From Auanema rhodensis (lineage: Eukaryota; Animalia; Nematoda), in assembly GCA_964057225.1 (NCBI GenBank), contig OZ059899.1, positions 9,858,001 to 9,922,000 on the forward strand: a stretch of DNA of 64,000 nucleotides, written 5' to 3'. The notes under the pieces are model-generated. The model searched no databases and was not told the origin of the DNA. It saw nothing but the letters and a program-made list of their open reading frames with translations. The position numbers were made by a program, and so were the translations under genes. Positions 24,163 to 36,864 of this stretch are shown piece after piece (position 1 is the first letter of the stretch; each line of letters opens with the position of its first letter).

Positions 24163-24471
24163 GTATTCCTTACGAGCATAAAAAGTGGTTATATCAGGTA
24201 CGCGGAACTTGGTTCCGCTTGAATTGGGCTTTCTTTAATTAAACTTAATATGAAAAAGTGTTCGTTCATTGTTGCATTGAATTCCTGTTTCTCAAATGTA
24301 GCGTCAGCTATTTGTTTTTATAATGTTCCGTTTTATAAGCGATTGACGTTGTCAATCGCTCTACTTATAGGACACGTATGGAACACAGCTCCATAGTTTT
24401 TCTCTTAATTTCTCTCATCACAATAGTCTTAGTTTTTTTTCATAAGAGTTTCTGAAATCTTAGTTGAACAA

Positions 24472-24544
24472 GGCCGCGTGGCGCAATGGATAACGCGTCT
24501 GCCTACGGAGCAGAAGATTGTAGGTTCGAATCCTGCCGTGGTCG
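24472..24544 (+). tRNA. tRNA-Arg(ACG)
   Basis: Same sequence; 86 bp from LTR element copy 1. Confidence 0.95.
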
Positions 24545-25488
24545 TAAATTTTTTTCATTTCACTTGTCATTTATAAAAATCGAATTTATCTTCTTCATCG
24601 ATTATTTTTGCAATGTGTCATAAGAATTTCATAGTTGAACAAAACGTTTTTTAAGAAGTTTTTTTGTTGTCAACATATATATTTTCCTGGAATTCGAAAG
24701 CATTTGGGATGGAAATTAGAAAGAAAAGAACTAGTTTTTTCTACTTTAAAACAAACAATAAGAAATAAAATGAAAAAGATTGTTAGATATCCAATTTAAA
24801 CTTATACATTTACTTCGATAAAGAGCCTATTAGTTTGAAATTTTATGTCTTACAGTTCTCCAACAGAACAGACTGATCCTGATTTCTCTATGATTACATA
24901 AAACTCTCGTTTGATATACAAAATAGAGAGGAATAACGTTTCCAGGATATCAATGATATCGAATCTAGTGATATTGTAGAAAAATGTAATGTCAGCTCCA
25001 AAGTTTTTCTCTTAATTTCTCTCATCACAATAGTCTTAGTTTTTTTTCATAAGAGTTTTTGAAATCTTAGTTGAACAAGGCAGTATATATTTTTTTCTGG
25101 AATTCGAAAGCATTTGGGATGGAAATTAGAAAGAAAAGAACTAGTTTTTCCTACTTTAAAACAAACAATAAGAAATAAAATGAAAAAGATTGTTAGATAT
25201 CCAATTTAAACTTATACATTTACTTCGATAAAGAGCCTATTAGTTTGAAATTTTATGTCTTACAGTTCTCCAACAGAACAGACTGATCCTGATTTCTCTA
25301 TGATTACATAAAACTCTCGTTTGATATACAAAAAGGAGAGGAATAACGTTTCCAGGATATCAATGATATCGAATCTAGTGATATTGTAGAAAAATGTAAT
25401 GTCAGCTCCATAGTTTTTCTCTTAATTTCTCTCATCACAATAGTCTTAGTTTTTTTTCATAAGAGTTTCTGAAATCTTAGTTGAACAA

Positions 25489-25561
25489 GGCCGCGTGGCG
25501 CAATGGATAACGCGTCTGCCTACGGAGCAGAAGATTGTAGGTTCGAATCCTGCCGTGGTCG
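25489..25561 (+). tRNA. tRNA-Arg(ACG)
   Basis: Same sequence as 1019-1091. Confidence 0.95.
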
Positions 25562-27736
25562 TAAATTTTTTTCATTTCACTTGTCATTTATAAAAATCGA
25601 ATTTATCTTCTTCATCGATTATTTTTGCAATGTGTCATAAGAATTTCATAGTTGAACAAAACGTTTTTTAAGAAGTTTTTTTGTTGTCAACATATATATT
25701 TTCCTGGAATTCGAAAGCATTTGGGATGGAAATTAGAAAGAAAAGAACTAGTTTTTTCTACTTTAAAACAAACAATAAGAAATAAAATGAAAAAGATTGT
25801 TAGATATCCAATTTAAACTTATACATTTACTTCGATAAAGAGCCTATTAGTTTGAAATTTTATGTCTTACAGTTCTCCAACAGAACAGACTGATCCTGAT
25901 TTCTCTATGATTACATAAAACTCTCGTTTGATATACAAAATAGAGAGGAATAACGTTTCCAGGATATCAATGATATCGAATCTAGTGATATTGTAGAAAA
26001 ATGTAATGTCAGCTCCAAAGTTTTTCTCTTAATTTCTCTCATCACAATAGTCTTAGTTTTTTTTCATAAGAGTTTCTGAAATCTTAGTTGAACAAGGCAG
26101 TATATATTTTTTTCTGGAATTCGAAAGCATTTGGGATGGAAATTAGAAAGAAAAGAACTAGTTTTTCCTACTTTAAAACAAACAATAAGAAATAAAATGA
26201 AAAAGATTGTTAGATATCCAATTTAAACTTATACATTTACTTCGATAAAGAGCCTATTAGTTTGAAATTTTATGTCTTACAGTTCTCCAACAGAACAGAC
26301 TGATCCTGATTTCTCTATGATTACATAAAACTCTCGTTTGATATACAAAAAGGAGAGAAATAACGTTTCCAGGATATCAATGATATCGAATCTAGTGATA
26401 TTGTAGAAAAATGTAATGTCAGCTCCATAGTTTTTCTCTTAATTTCTCTCATCACAATAGTCTTAGTTTTTTTTCATGAGAGTTTCTGAAATCTTAGTTG
26501 AACAAGGCAGTATATATTTTTTTCTGGAATTCGAAAGCATTTAGGATGGAAATTAGAAAGAAAAGAACTAGTTTTTCCTACTTTAAAACAAACAATAAGA
26601 AATAAAATGAAAAAGATTGTTAGATATCCAATTTAAACTTATACATTTACTTCGATAAAGAGCCTATTAGTTTGAAATTTTATGTCTTACAGTTCTCCAA
26701 CAGAACAGACTGATCCTGATTTCTCTATGATTACATAAAACTCTCGTTTGATATACAAAAAGGAGAGGAATAACGTTTCCAGGATATCAATGATATCGAA
26801 TCTAGTGATATTGTAGAAAAATGTAATGTCAGCTCCATAGTTTTTCTCTTAATTTCTCTCATCACAATAGTCTTAGTTTTTTTTTCATAAGAGTTTCTGA
26901 AATCTTAGTTGAACAAGGCAGTATATATTTTTTTCTGGAATTCGAAAGCATTTGGGATGGAAATTAGAAAGAAAAGAACTAGTTTTTCCTACTTTAAAAC
27001 AAACAATAAGAAATAAAATGAAAAAGATTGTTAGATATCCAATTTAAACTTATACATTTACTTCGATAAAGAGCCTATTAGTTTGAAATTTTATGTCTTA
27101 CAGTTCTCCAACAGAACAGACTGATCCTGATTTCTCTATGATTACATAAAACTCTCGTTTGATATACAAAATAGAGAGGAATAACGTTTCCAGGATATCA
27201 ATGATATCGAATCTAGTGATATTGTAGAAAAATGTAATGTCAGCTCCAAAGTTTTTCTCTTAATTTCTCTCATCACAATAGTCTTAGTTTTTTTTCATAA
27301 GAGTTTTTGAAATCTTAGTTGAACAAGGCAGTATATATTTTTTTCTGGAATTCGAAAGCATTTGGGATGGAAATTAGAAAGAAAAGAACTAGTTTTTCCT
27401 ACTTTAAAACAAACAATAAGAAATAAAATGAAAAAGATTGTTAGATATCCAATTTAAACTTATACATTTACTTCGATAAAGAGCCTATTAGTTTGAAATT
27501 TTATGTCTTACAGTTCTCCAACAGAACAGACTGATCCTGATTTCTCTATGATTACATAAAACTCTCGTTTGATATACAAAAAGGAGAGGAATAACGTTTC
27601 CAGGATATCAATGATATCGAATCTAGTGATATTGTAGAAAAATGTAATGTCAGCTCCATAGTTTTTCTCTTAATTTCTCTCATCACAATAGTCTTAGTTT
27701 TTTTTCATAAGAGTTTCTGAAATCTTAGTTGAACAA

Positions 27737-27809
27737 GGCCGCGTGGCGCAATGGATAACGCGTCTGCCTACGGAGCAGAAGATTGTAGGTTCGAATCCTG
27801 CCGTGGTCG
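27737..27809 (+). tRNA. tRNA-Arg(ACG)
   Basis: Same sequence as 1019-1091. Confidence 0.95.
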
Positions 27810-30394
27810 TAAATTTTTTTCATTTCACTTGTCATTTATAAAAATCGAATTTATCTTCTTCATCGATTATTTTTGCAATGTGTCATAAGAATTTCATAGT
27901 TGAACAAAACGTTTTTTAAGAAGTTTTTTTGTTGTCAACATATATATTTTCCTGGAATTCGAAAGCATTTGGGATGGAAATTAGAAAGAAAAGAACTAGT
28001 TTTTTCTACTTTAAAACAAACAATAAGAAATAAAATGAAAAAGATTGTTAGATATCCAATTTAAACTTATACATTTACTTCGATAAAGAGCCTATTAGTT
28101 TGAAATTTTATGTCTTACAGTTCTCCAACAGAACAGACTGATCCTGATTTCTCTATGATTACATAAAACTCTCGTTTGATATACAAAATAGAGAGGAATA
28201 ACGTTTCCAGGATATCAATGATATCGAATCTAGTGATATTGTAGAAAAATGTAATGTCAGCTCCAAAGTTTTTCTCTTAATTTCTCTCATCACAATAGTC
28301 TTAGTTTTTTTTCATAAGAGTTTCTGAAATCTTAGTTGAACAAGGCAGTATATATTTTTTTCTGGAATTCGAAAGCATTTGGGATGGAAATTAGAAAGAA
28401 AAGAACTAGTTTTTCCTACTTTAAAACAAACAATAAGAAATAAAATGAAAAAGATTGTTAGATATCCAATTTAAACTTATACATTTACTTCGATAAAGAG
28501 CCTATTAGTTTGAAATTTTATGTCTTACAGTTCTCCAACAGAACAGACTGATCCTGATTTCTCTATGATTACATAAAACTCTCGTTTGATATACAAAAAG
28601 GAGAGAAATAACGTTTCCAGGATATCAATGATATCGAATCTAGTGATATTGTAGAAAAATGTAATGTCAGCTCCATAGTTTTTCTCTTAATTTCTCTCAT
28701 CACAATAGTCTTAGTTTTTTTTCATGAGAGTTTCTGAAATCTTAGTTGAACAAGGCAGTATATATTTTTTTCTGGAATTCGAAAGCATTTAGGATGGAAA
28801 TTAGAAAGAAAAGAACTAGTTTTTCCTACTTTAAAACAAACAATAAGAAATAAAATGAAAAAGATTGTTAGATATCCAATTTAAACTTATACATTTACTT
28901 CGATAAAGAGCCTATTAGTTTGAAATTTTATGTCTTACAGTTCTCCAACAGAACAGACTGATCCTGATTTCTCTATGATTACATAAAACTCTCGTTTGAT
29001 ATACAAAAAGGAGAGGAATAACGTTTCCAGGATATCAATGATATCGAATCTAGTGATATTGTAGAAAAATGTAATGTCAGCTCCAAAGTTTTTCTCTTAA
29101 TTTCTCTCATCACAATAGTCTTAGTTTTTTTTCATAAGAGTTTCTGAAATCTTAGTTGAACAAGGCAGTATATATTTTTTTCTGGAATTCGAAAGCATTT
29201 GGGATGGAAATTAGAAAGAAAAGAACTAGTTTTTCCTACTTTAAAACAAACAATAAGAAATAAAATGAAAAAGATTGTTAGATATCCAATTTAAACTTAT
29301 ACATTTACTTCGATAAAGAGCCTATTAGTTTGAAATTTTATGTCTTACAGTTCTCCAACAGAACAGACTGATCCTGATTTCTCTATGATTACATAAAACT
29401 CTCGTTTGATATACAAAAAGGAGAGAAATAACGTTTCCAGGATATCAATGATATCGAATCTAGTGATATTGTAGAAAAATGTAATGTCAGCTCCATAGTT
29501 TTTCTCTTAATTTCTCTCATCACAATAGTCTTAGTTTTTTTTCATGAGAGTTTCTGAAATCTTAGTTGAACAAGGCAGTATATATTTTTTTCTGGAATTC
29601 GAAAGCATTTAGGATGGAAATTAGAAAGAAAAGAACTAGTTTTTCCTACTTTAAAACAAACAATAAGAAATAAAATGAAAAAGATTGTTAGATATCCAAT
29701 TTAAACTTATACATTTACTTCGATAAAGAGCCTATTAGTTTGAAATTTTATGTCTTACAGTTCTCCAACAGAACAGACTGATCCTGATTTCTCTATGATT
29801 ACATAAAACTCTCGTTTGATATACAAAAAGGAGAGGAATAACGTTTCCAGGATATCAATGATATCGAATCTAGTGATATTGTAGAAAAATGTAATGTCAG
29901 CTCCATAGTTTTTCTCTTAATTTCTCTCATCACAATAGTCTTAGTTTTTTTTTCATAAGAGTTTCTGAAATCTTAGTTGAACAAGGCAGTATATATTTTT
30001 TTCTGGAATTCGAAAGCATTTGGGATGGAAATTAGAAAGAAAAGAACTAGTTTTTCCTACTTTAAAACAAACAATAAGAAATAAAATGAAAAAGATTGTT
30101 AGATATCCAATTTAAACTTATACATTTACTTCGATAAAGAGCCTATTAGTTTGAAATTTTATGTCTTACAGTTCTCCAACAGAACAGACTGATCCTGATT
30201 TCTCTATGATTTCATAAAACTCTCGTTTGATATACAAAAAGGAGAGGAATAACGTTTCCAGGATATCAATGATATCGAATCTAGTGATATTGTAGAAAAA
30301 TGTAATGTCAGCTCCATAGTTTTTCTCTTAATTTCTCTCATCACAATAGTCTTAGTTTTTTTTCATAAGAGTTTCTGAAATCTTAGTTGAATAA

Positions 30395-30467
30395 GGCCGC
30401 GTGGCGCAATGGATAACGCGTCTGCCTACGGAGCAGAAGATTGTAGGTTCGAATCCTGCCGTGGTCG
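30395..30467 (+). tRNA. tRNA-Arg(ACG)
   Basis: Same sequence as 1019-1091. Confidence 0.95.
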
Positions 30468-31247
30468 TAAATTTTTTTCATTTCACTTGTCATTTATAAA
30501 AATCGAATTTATCTTCTTCAACGATTATTTTTGCAATGTGTCATAAGAATTTCATAGTTGAACAAAACGTTTTTTGAGAAGTTTTTTTGTTGTCAACATA
30601 TATATTTTCCTGGAATTCGAAAGCATTTGGGATGGAAATTAGAAAGAAAAGAACTAGTTTTTTCTACTTTAAAACAAACAATAAGAAATAAAATGAAAAA
30701 GATTGTTAGATATCCAATTTAAACTTATACATTTACTTCGATAAAGAGCCTATTAGTTTGAAATTTTATGTCTTACAGTTCTCCAACAGAACAGACTGAT
30801 CCTGATTTCTCTATGATTACATAAAACTCTCGTTTGATATAAAAGCATATTGGATAGAAATTTCGAAAGCATTTTGGATGAAAATTAGAAAGAAAAGAAC
30901 TAGTTTTTCCTACTTTAAAACAAACAATAAGAAATAAAATGAAAAAGATTGTTAGATATCCAATTTAAACTTATACATTTACTTCGATAAAGAGCCTATT
31001 AGTTTGAAATTTTATGTCTTACAGTTCTCCAACAGAACAGACTAATCCTGATTTCTCTATGATTACATAAAACTCTCGTTTGATATACAAAAAGGAGAGG
31101 AATAACGTTTCCAGGATATCAATGATATCGAATCTAGTGATATTGTAGAAAAATGTAATGTCAGCTCCATAGTTTTTCTCTTAATTTCTCTCATCACAAT
31201 AGTCTTAGTTTTTTTTCATAAGAGTTTCTGAAATCTTAGTTGAACAA

Positions 31248-31320
31248 GGCCGCGTGGCGCAATGGATAACGCGTCTGCCTACGGAGCAGAAGATTGTAGG
31301 TTCGAATCCTGCCGTGGTCG
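31248..31320 (+). tRNA. tRNA-Arg(ACG)
   Basis: Same sequence as 1019-1091. Confidence 0.95.
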
Positions 31321-32674
31321 TAAATTTTTTTCATTTCACTTGTCATTTATAAAAATCGAATTTATCTTCTTCATCGATTATTTTTGCAATGTGTCATAAG
31401 AATTTCATAGTTGAACAAAACGTTTTTTAAGAAGTTTTTTTGTTGTCAACATATATATTTTCCTGGAATTCGAAAGCATTTGGGATGGAAATTAGAAAGA
31501 AAAGAACTAGTTTTTTCTACTTTAAAACAAACAATAAGAAATAAAATGAAAAAGATTGTTAGATATCCAATTTAAACTTATACATTTACTTCGATAAAGA
31601 GCCTATTAGTTTGAAATTTTATGTCTTACAGTTCTCCAACAGAACAGACTGATCCTGATTTCTCTATGATTACATAAAACTCTCGTTTGATATACAAAAA
31701 GGAGAGGAATAACGTTTCCAGGATATCAATGATATCGAATCTAGTGATATTGTAGAAAAATGTAATGTCAGCTCCATAGTTTTTCTCTTAATTTCTCTCA
31801 TCACAATAGTCTTAGTTTTTTTTCATGAGAGTTTCTGAAATCTTAGTTGAACAAGGCAGTATATATTTTTTTCTGGAATTCGAAAGCATTTAGGATGGAA
31901 ATTAGAAAGAAAAGAACTAGTTTTTCCTACTTTAAAACAAACAATAAGAAATAAAATGAAAAAGATTGTTAGATATCCAATTTAAACTTATACATTTACT
32001 TCGATAAAGAGCCTATTAGTTTGAAATTTTATGTCTTACAGTTCTCCAACAGAACAGACTGATCCTGATTTCTCTATGATTACATAAAACTCTCGTTTGA
32101 TATACAAAAAGGAGAGAAATAACGTTTCCAGGATATCAATGATATCGAATCTAGTGATATTGTAGAAAAATGTAATGTCAGCTCCATAGTTTTTCTCTTA
32201 ATTTCTCTCATCACAATAGTCTTAGTTTTTTTTCATGAGAGTTTCTGAAATCTTAGTTGAACAAGGCAGTATATATTTTTTTCTGGAATTCGAAAGCATT
32301 TAGGATGGAAATTAGAAAGAAAAGAACTAGTTTTTCCTACTTTAAAACAAACAATAAGAAATAAAATGAAAAAGATTGTTAGATATCCAATTTAAACTTA
32401 TACATTTACTTCGATAAAGAGCCTATTAGTTTGAAATTTTATGTCTTACAGTTCTCCAACAGAACAGACTGATCCTGATTTCTCTATGATTACATAAAAC
32501 TCTCGTTTGATATACAAAAAGGAGAGGAATAACGTTTCCAGGATATCAATGATATCGAATCTAGTGATATTGTAGAAAAATGTAATGTCAGCTCCATAGT
32601 TTTTCTCTTAATTTCTCTCATCACAATAGTCTTAGTTTTTTTTCATAAGAGTTTCTGAAATCTTAGTTGAACAA

Positions 32675-32747
32675 GGCCGCGTGGCGCAATGGATAACGCG
32701 TCTGCCTACGGAGCAGAAGATTGTAGGTTCGAATCCTGCCGTGGTCG
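32675..32747 (+). tRNA. tRNA-Arg(ACG)
   Basis: Same sequence as 1019-1091. Confidence 0.95.
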
Positions 32748-34101
32748 TAAATTTTTTTCATTTCACTTGTCATTTATAAAAATCGAATTTATCTTCTTCA
32801 TCGATTATTTTTGCAATGTGTCATAAGAATTTCATAGTTGAACAAAACGTTTTTTAAGAAGTTTTTTTGTTGTCAACATATATATTTTCCTGGAATTCGA
32901 AAGCATTTGGGATGGAAATTAGAAAGAAAAGAACTAGTTTTTTCTACTTTAAAACAAACAATAAGAAATAAAATGAAAAAGATTGTTAGATATCCAATTT
33001 AAACTTATACATTTACTTCGATAAAGAGCCTATTAGTTTGAAATTTTATGTCTTACAGTTCTCCAACAGAACAGACTGATCCTGATTTCTCTATGATTAC
33101 ATAAAACTCTCGTTTGATATACAAAAAGGAGAGGAATAACGTTTCCAGGATATCAATGATATCGAATCTAGTGATATTGTAGAAAAATGTAATGTCAGCT
33201 CCATAGTTTTTCTCTTAATTTCTCTCATCACAATAGTCTTAGTTTTTTTTCATGAGAGTTTCTGAAATCTTAGTTGAACAAGGCAGTATATATTTTTTTC
33301 TGGAATTCGAAAGCATTTAGGATGGAAATTAGAAAGAAAAGAACTAGTTTTTCCTACTTTAAAACAAACAATAAGAAATAAAATGAAAAAGATTGTTAGA
33401 TATCCAATTTAAACTTATACATTTACTTCGATAAAGAGCCTATTAGTTTGAAATTTTATGTCTTACAGTTCTCCAACAGAACAGACTGATCCTGATTTCT
33501 CTATGATTACATAAAACTCTCGTTTGATATACAAAAAGGAGAGAAATAACGTTTCCAGGATATCAATGATATCGAATCTAGTGATATTGTAGAAAAATGT
33601 AATGTCAGCTCCATAGTTTTTCTCTTAATTTCTCTCATCACAATAGTCTTAGTTTTTTTTCATGAGAGTTTCTGAAATCTTAGTTGAACAAGGCAGTATA
33701 TATTTTTTTCTGGAATTCGAAAGCATTTAGGATGGAAATTAGAAAGAAAAGAACTAGTTTTTCCTACTTTAAAACAAACAATAAGAAATAAAATGAAAAA
33801 GATTGTTAGATATCCAATTTAAACTTATACATTTACTTCGATAAAGAGCCTATTAGTTTGAAATTTTATGTCTTACAGTTCTCCAACAGAACAGACTGAT
33901 CCTGATTTCTCTATGATTACATAAAACTCTCGTTTGATATACAAAAAGGAGAGGAATAACGTTTCCAGGATATCAATGATATCGAATCTAGTGATATTGT
34001 AGAAAAATGTAATGTCAGCTCCATAGTTTTTCTCTTAATTTCTCTCATCACAATAGTCTTAGTTTTTTTTCATAAGAGTTTCTGAAATCTTAGTTGAACA
34101 A

Positions 34102-34174
34102 GGCCGCGTGGCGCAATGGATAACGCGTCTGCCTACGGAGCAGAAGATTGTAGGTTCGAATCCTGCCGTGGTCG
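34102..34174 (+). tRNA. tRNA-Arg(ACG)
   Basis: Same sequence as 1019-1091. Confidence 0.95.
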
Positions 34175-35364
34175 TAAATTTTTTTCATTTCACTTGTCAT
34201 TTATAAAAATCGAATTTATCTTCTTCATCGATTATTTTTGCAATGTGTCATAAGAATTTCATAGTTGAACAAAACGTTTTTTAAGAAGTTTTTTTGTTGT
34301 CAACATATATATTTTCCTGGAATTCGAAAGCATTTGGGATGGAAATTAGAAAGAAAAGAACTAGTTTTTTCTACTTTAAAACAAACAATAAGAAATAAAA
34401 TGAAAAAGATTGTTAGATATCCAATTTAAACTTATACATTTACTTCGATAAAGAGCCTATTAGTTTGAAATTTTATGTCTTACAGTTCTCCAACAGAACA
34501 GACTGATCCTGATTTCTCTATGATTACATAAAACTCTCGTTTGATATACAAAAAGGAGAGGAATAACGTTTCCAGGATATCAATGATATCGAATCTAGTG
34601 ATATTGTAGAAAAATGTAATGTCAGCTCCATAGTTTTTCTCTTAATTTCTCTCATCACAATAGTCTTAGTTTTTTTTCATGAGAGTTTCTGAAATCTTAG
34701 TTGAACAAGGCAGTATATATTTTTTTCTGGAATTCGAAAGCATTTAGGATGGAAATTAGAAAGAAAAGAACTAGTTTTTCCTACTTTAAAACAAACAATA
34801 AGAAATAAAATGAAAAAGATTGTTAGATATCCAATTTAAACTTATACATTTACTTCGATAAAGAGCCTATTAGTTTGAAATTTTATGTCTTACAGTTCTC
34901 CAACAGAACAGACTGATCCTGATTTCTCTATGATTACATAAAACTCTCGTTTGATATAAAAGCATATTGGATAGAAATTTCGAAAGCATTTTGGATGAAA
35001 ATTAGAAAGAAAAGAACTAGTTTTTCCTACTTTAAAACAAACAATAAGAAATAAAATGAAAAAGATTGTTAGATATCCAATTTAAACTTATACATTTACT
35101 TCGATAAAGAGCCTATTAGTTTGAAATTTTATGTCTTACAGTTCTCCAACAGAACAGACTAATCCTGATTTCTCTATGATTACATAAAACTCTCGTTTGA
35201 TATACAAAAAGGAGAGGAATAACGTTTCCAGGATATCAATGATATCGAATCTAGTGATATTGTAGAAAAATGTAATGTCAGCTCCATAGTTTTTCTCTTA
35301 ATTTCTCTCATCACAATAGTCTTAGTTTTTTTTCATAAGAGTTTCTGAAATCTTAGTTGAACAA

Positions 35365-35437
35365 GGCCGCGTGGCGCAATGGATAACGCGTCTGCCTACG
35401 GAGCAGAAGATTGTAGGTTCGAATCCTGCCGTGGTCG
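35365..35437 (+). tRNA. tRNA-Arg(ACG)
   Basis: Same sequence as 1019-1091. Confidence 0.95.
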
Positions 35438-36791
35438 TAAATTTTTTTCATTTCACTTGTCATTTATAAAAATCGAATTTATCTTCTTCATCGATTATTT
35501 TTGCAATGTGTCATAAGAATTTCATAGTTGAACAAAACGTTTTTTAAGAAGTTTTTTTGTTGTCAACATATATATTTTCCTGGAATTCGAAAGCATTTGG
35601 GATGGAAATTAGAAAGAAAAGAACTAGTTTTTTCTACTTTAAAACAAACAATAAGAAATAAAATGAAAAAGATTGTTAGATATCCAATTTAAACTTATAC
35701 ATTTACTTCGATAAAGAGCCTATTAGTTTGAAATTTTATGTCTTACAGTTCTCCAACAGAACAGACTGATCCTGATTTCTCTATGATTACATAAAACTCT
35801 CGTTTGATATACAAAAAGGAGAGGAATAACGTTTCCAGGATATCAATGATATCGAATCTAGTGATATTGTAGAAAAATGTAATGTCAGCTCCATAGTTTT
35901 TCTCTTAATTTCTCTCATCACAATAGTCTTAGTTTTTTTTCATGAGAGTTTCTGAAATCTTAGTTGAACAAGGCAGTATATATTTTTTTCTGGAATTCGA
36001 AAGCATTTAGGATGGAAATTAGAAAGAAAAGAACTAGTTTTTCCTACTTTAAAACAAACAATAAGAAATAAAATGAAAAAGATTGTTAGATATCCAATTT
36101 AAACTTATACATTTACTTCGATAAAGAGCCTATTAGTTTGAAATTTTATGTCTTACAGTTCTCCAACAGAACAGACTGATCCTGATTTCTCTATGATTAC
36201 ATAAAACTCTCGTTTGATATACAAAAAGGAGAGAAATAACGTTTCCAGGACATCAATGATATCGAATCTAGTGATATTGTAGAAAAATGTAATGTCAGCT
36301 CCATAGTTTTTCTCTTAATTTCTCTCATCACAATAGTCTTAGTTTTTTTTCATGAGAGTTTCTGAAATCTTAGTTGAACAAGGCAGTATATATTTTTTTC
36401 TGGAATTCGAAAGCATTTAGGATGGAAATTAGAAAGAAAAGAACTAGTTTTTCCTACTTTAAAACAAACAATAAGAAATAAAATGAAAAAGATTGTTAGA
36501 TATCCAATTTAAACTTATACATTTACTTCGATAAAGAGCCTATTAGTTTGAAATTTTATGTCTTACAGTTCTCCAACAGAACAGACTGATCCTGATTTCT
36601 CTATGATTACATAAAACTCTCGTTTGATATACAAAAAGGAGAGGAATAACGTTTCCAGGATATCAATGATATCGAATCTAGTGATATTGTAGAAAAATGT
36701 AATGTCAGCTCCATAGTTTTTCTCTTAATTTCTCTCATCACAATAGTCTTAGTTTTTTTTCATAAGAGTTTCTGAAATCTTAGTTGAACAA

Positions 36792-36864
36792 GGCCGCGTG
36801 GCGCAATGGATAACGCGTCTGCCTACGGAGCAGAAGATTGTAGGTTCGAATCCTGCCGTGGTCG
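36792..36864 (+). tRNA. tRNA-Arg(ACG)
   Basis: Same sequence as 1019-1091. Confidence 0.95.

Larger units (their letters stand above)
23183..24385 (-). mobile_element. Non-autonomous, internally deleted LTR retrotransposon, copy 1 (1203 bp)
   Basis: TSD CAGC at 23179-23182 and 24386-24389; terminal inverted repeat TGTTCCAT...ATGGAACG; 328-bp direct repeats 23183-23510 and 23973-24300; tRNA-Gln PBS abutting the right-hand LTR; no gag/pol ORF. Confidence 0.9.
23973..24385 (-). repeat. 5' LTR (413 bp)
   Basis: Minus strand starts TGTTCCAT and ends ATGGAACG; TATATAA then AATAAA occur in U3-R-U5 order. Confidence 0.87.

Noticed and set aside
24283-24310. Hammerhead ribozyme core on the minus strand (CUGACGC...GAAAC)
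   Set aside because: Core reads CUGACGC, not CUGANGA, and no stem II forms between it and GAAA.
23183-24385. MITE/DNA transposon or intact TRIM
   Set aside because: Inverted repeats are only 8 bp while long direct repeats and a PBS are present; unequal LTRs and no PPT argue against an intact TRIM.
23954-24544. Element primed by the neighbouring tRNA-Arg
   Set aside because: An Arg(ACG) PBS would read TGGCGACCACGG; the observed PBS is TGGAGGTTCCACC.
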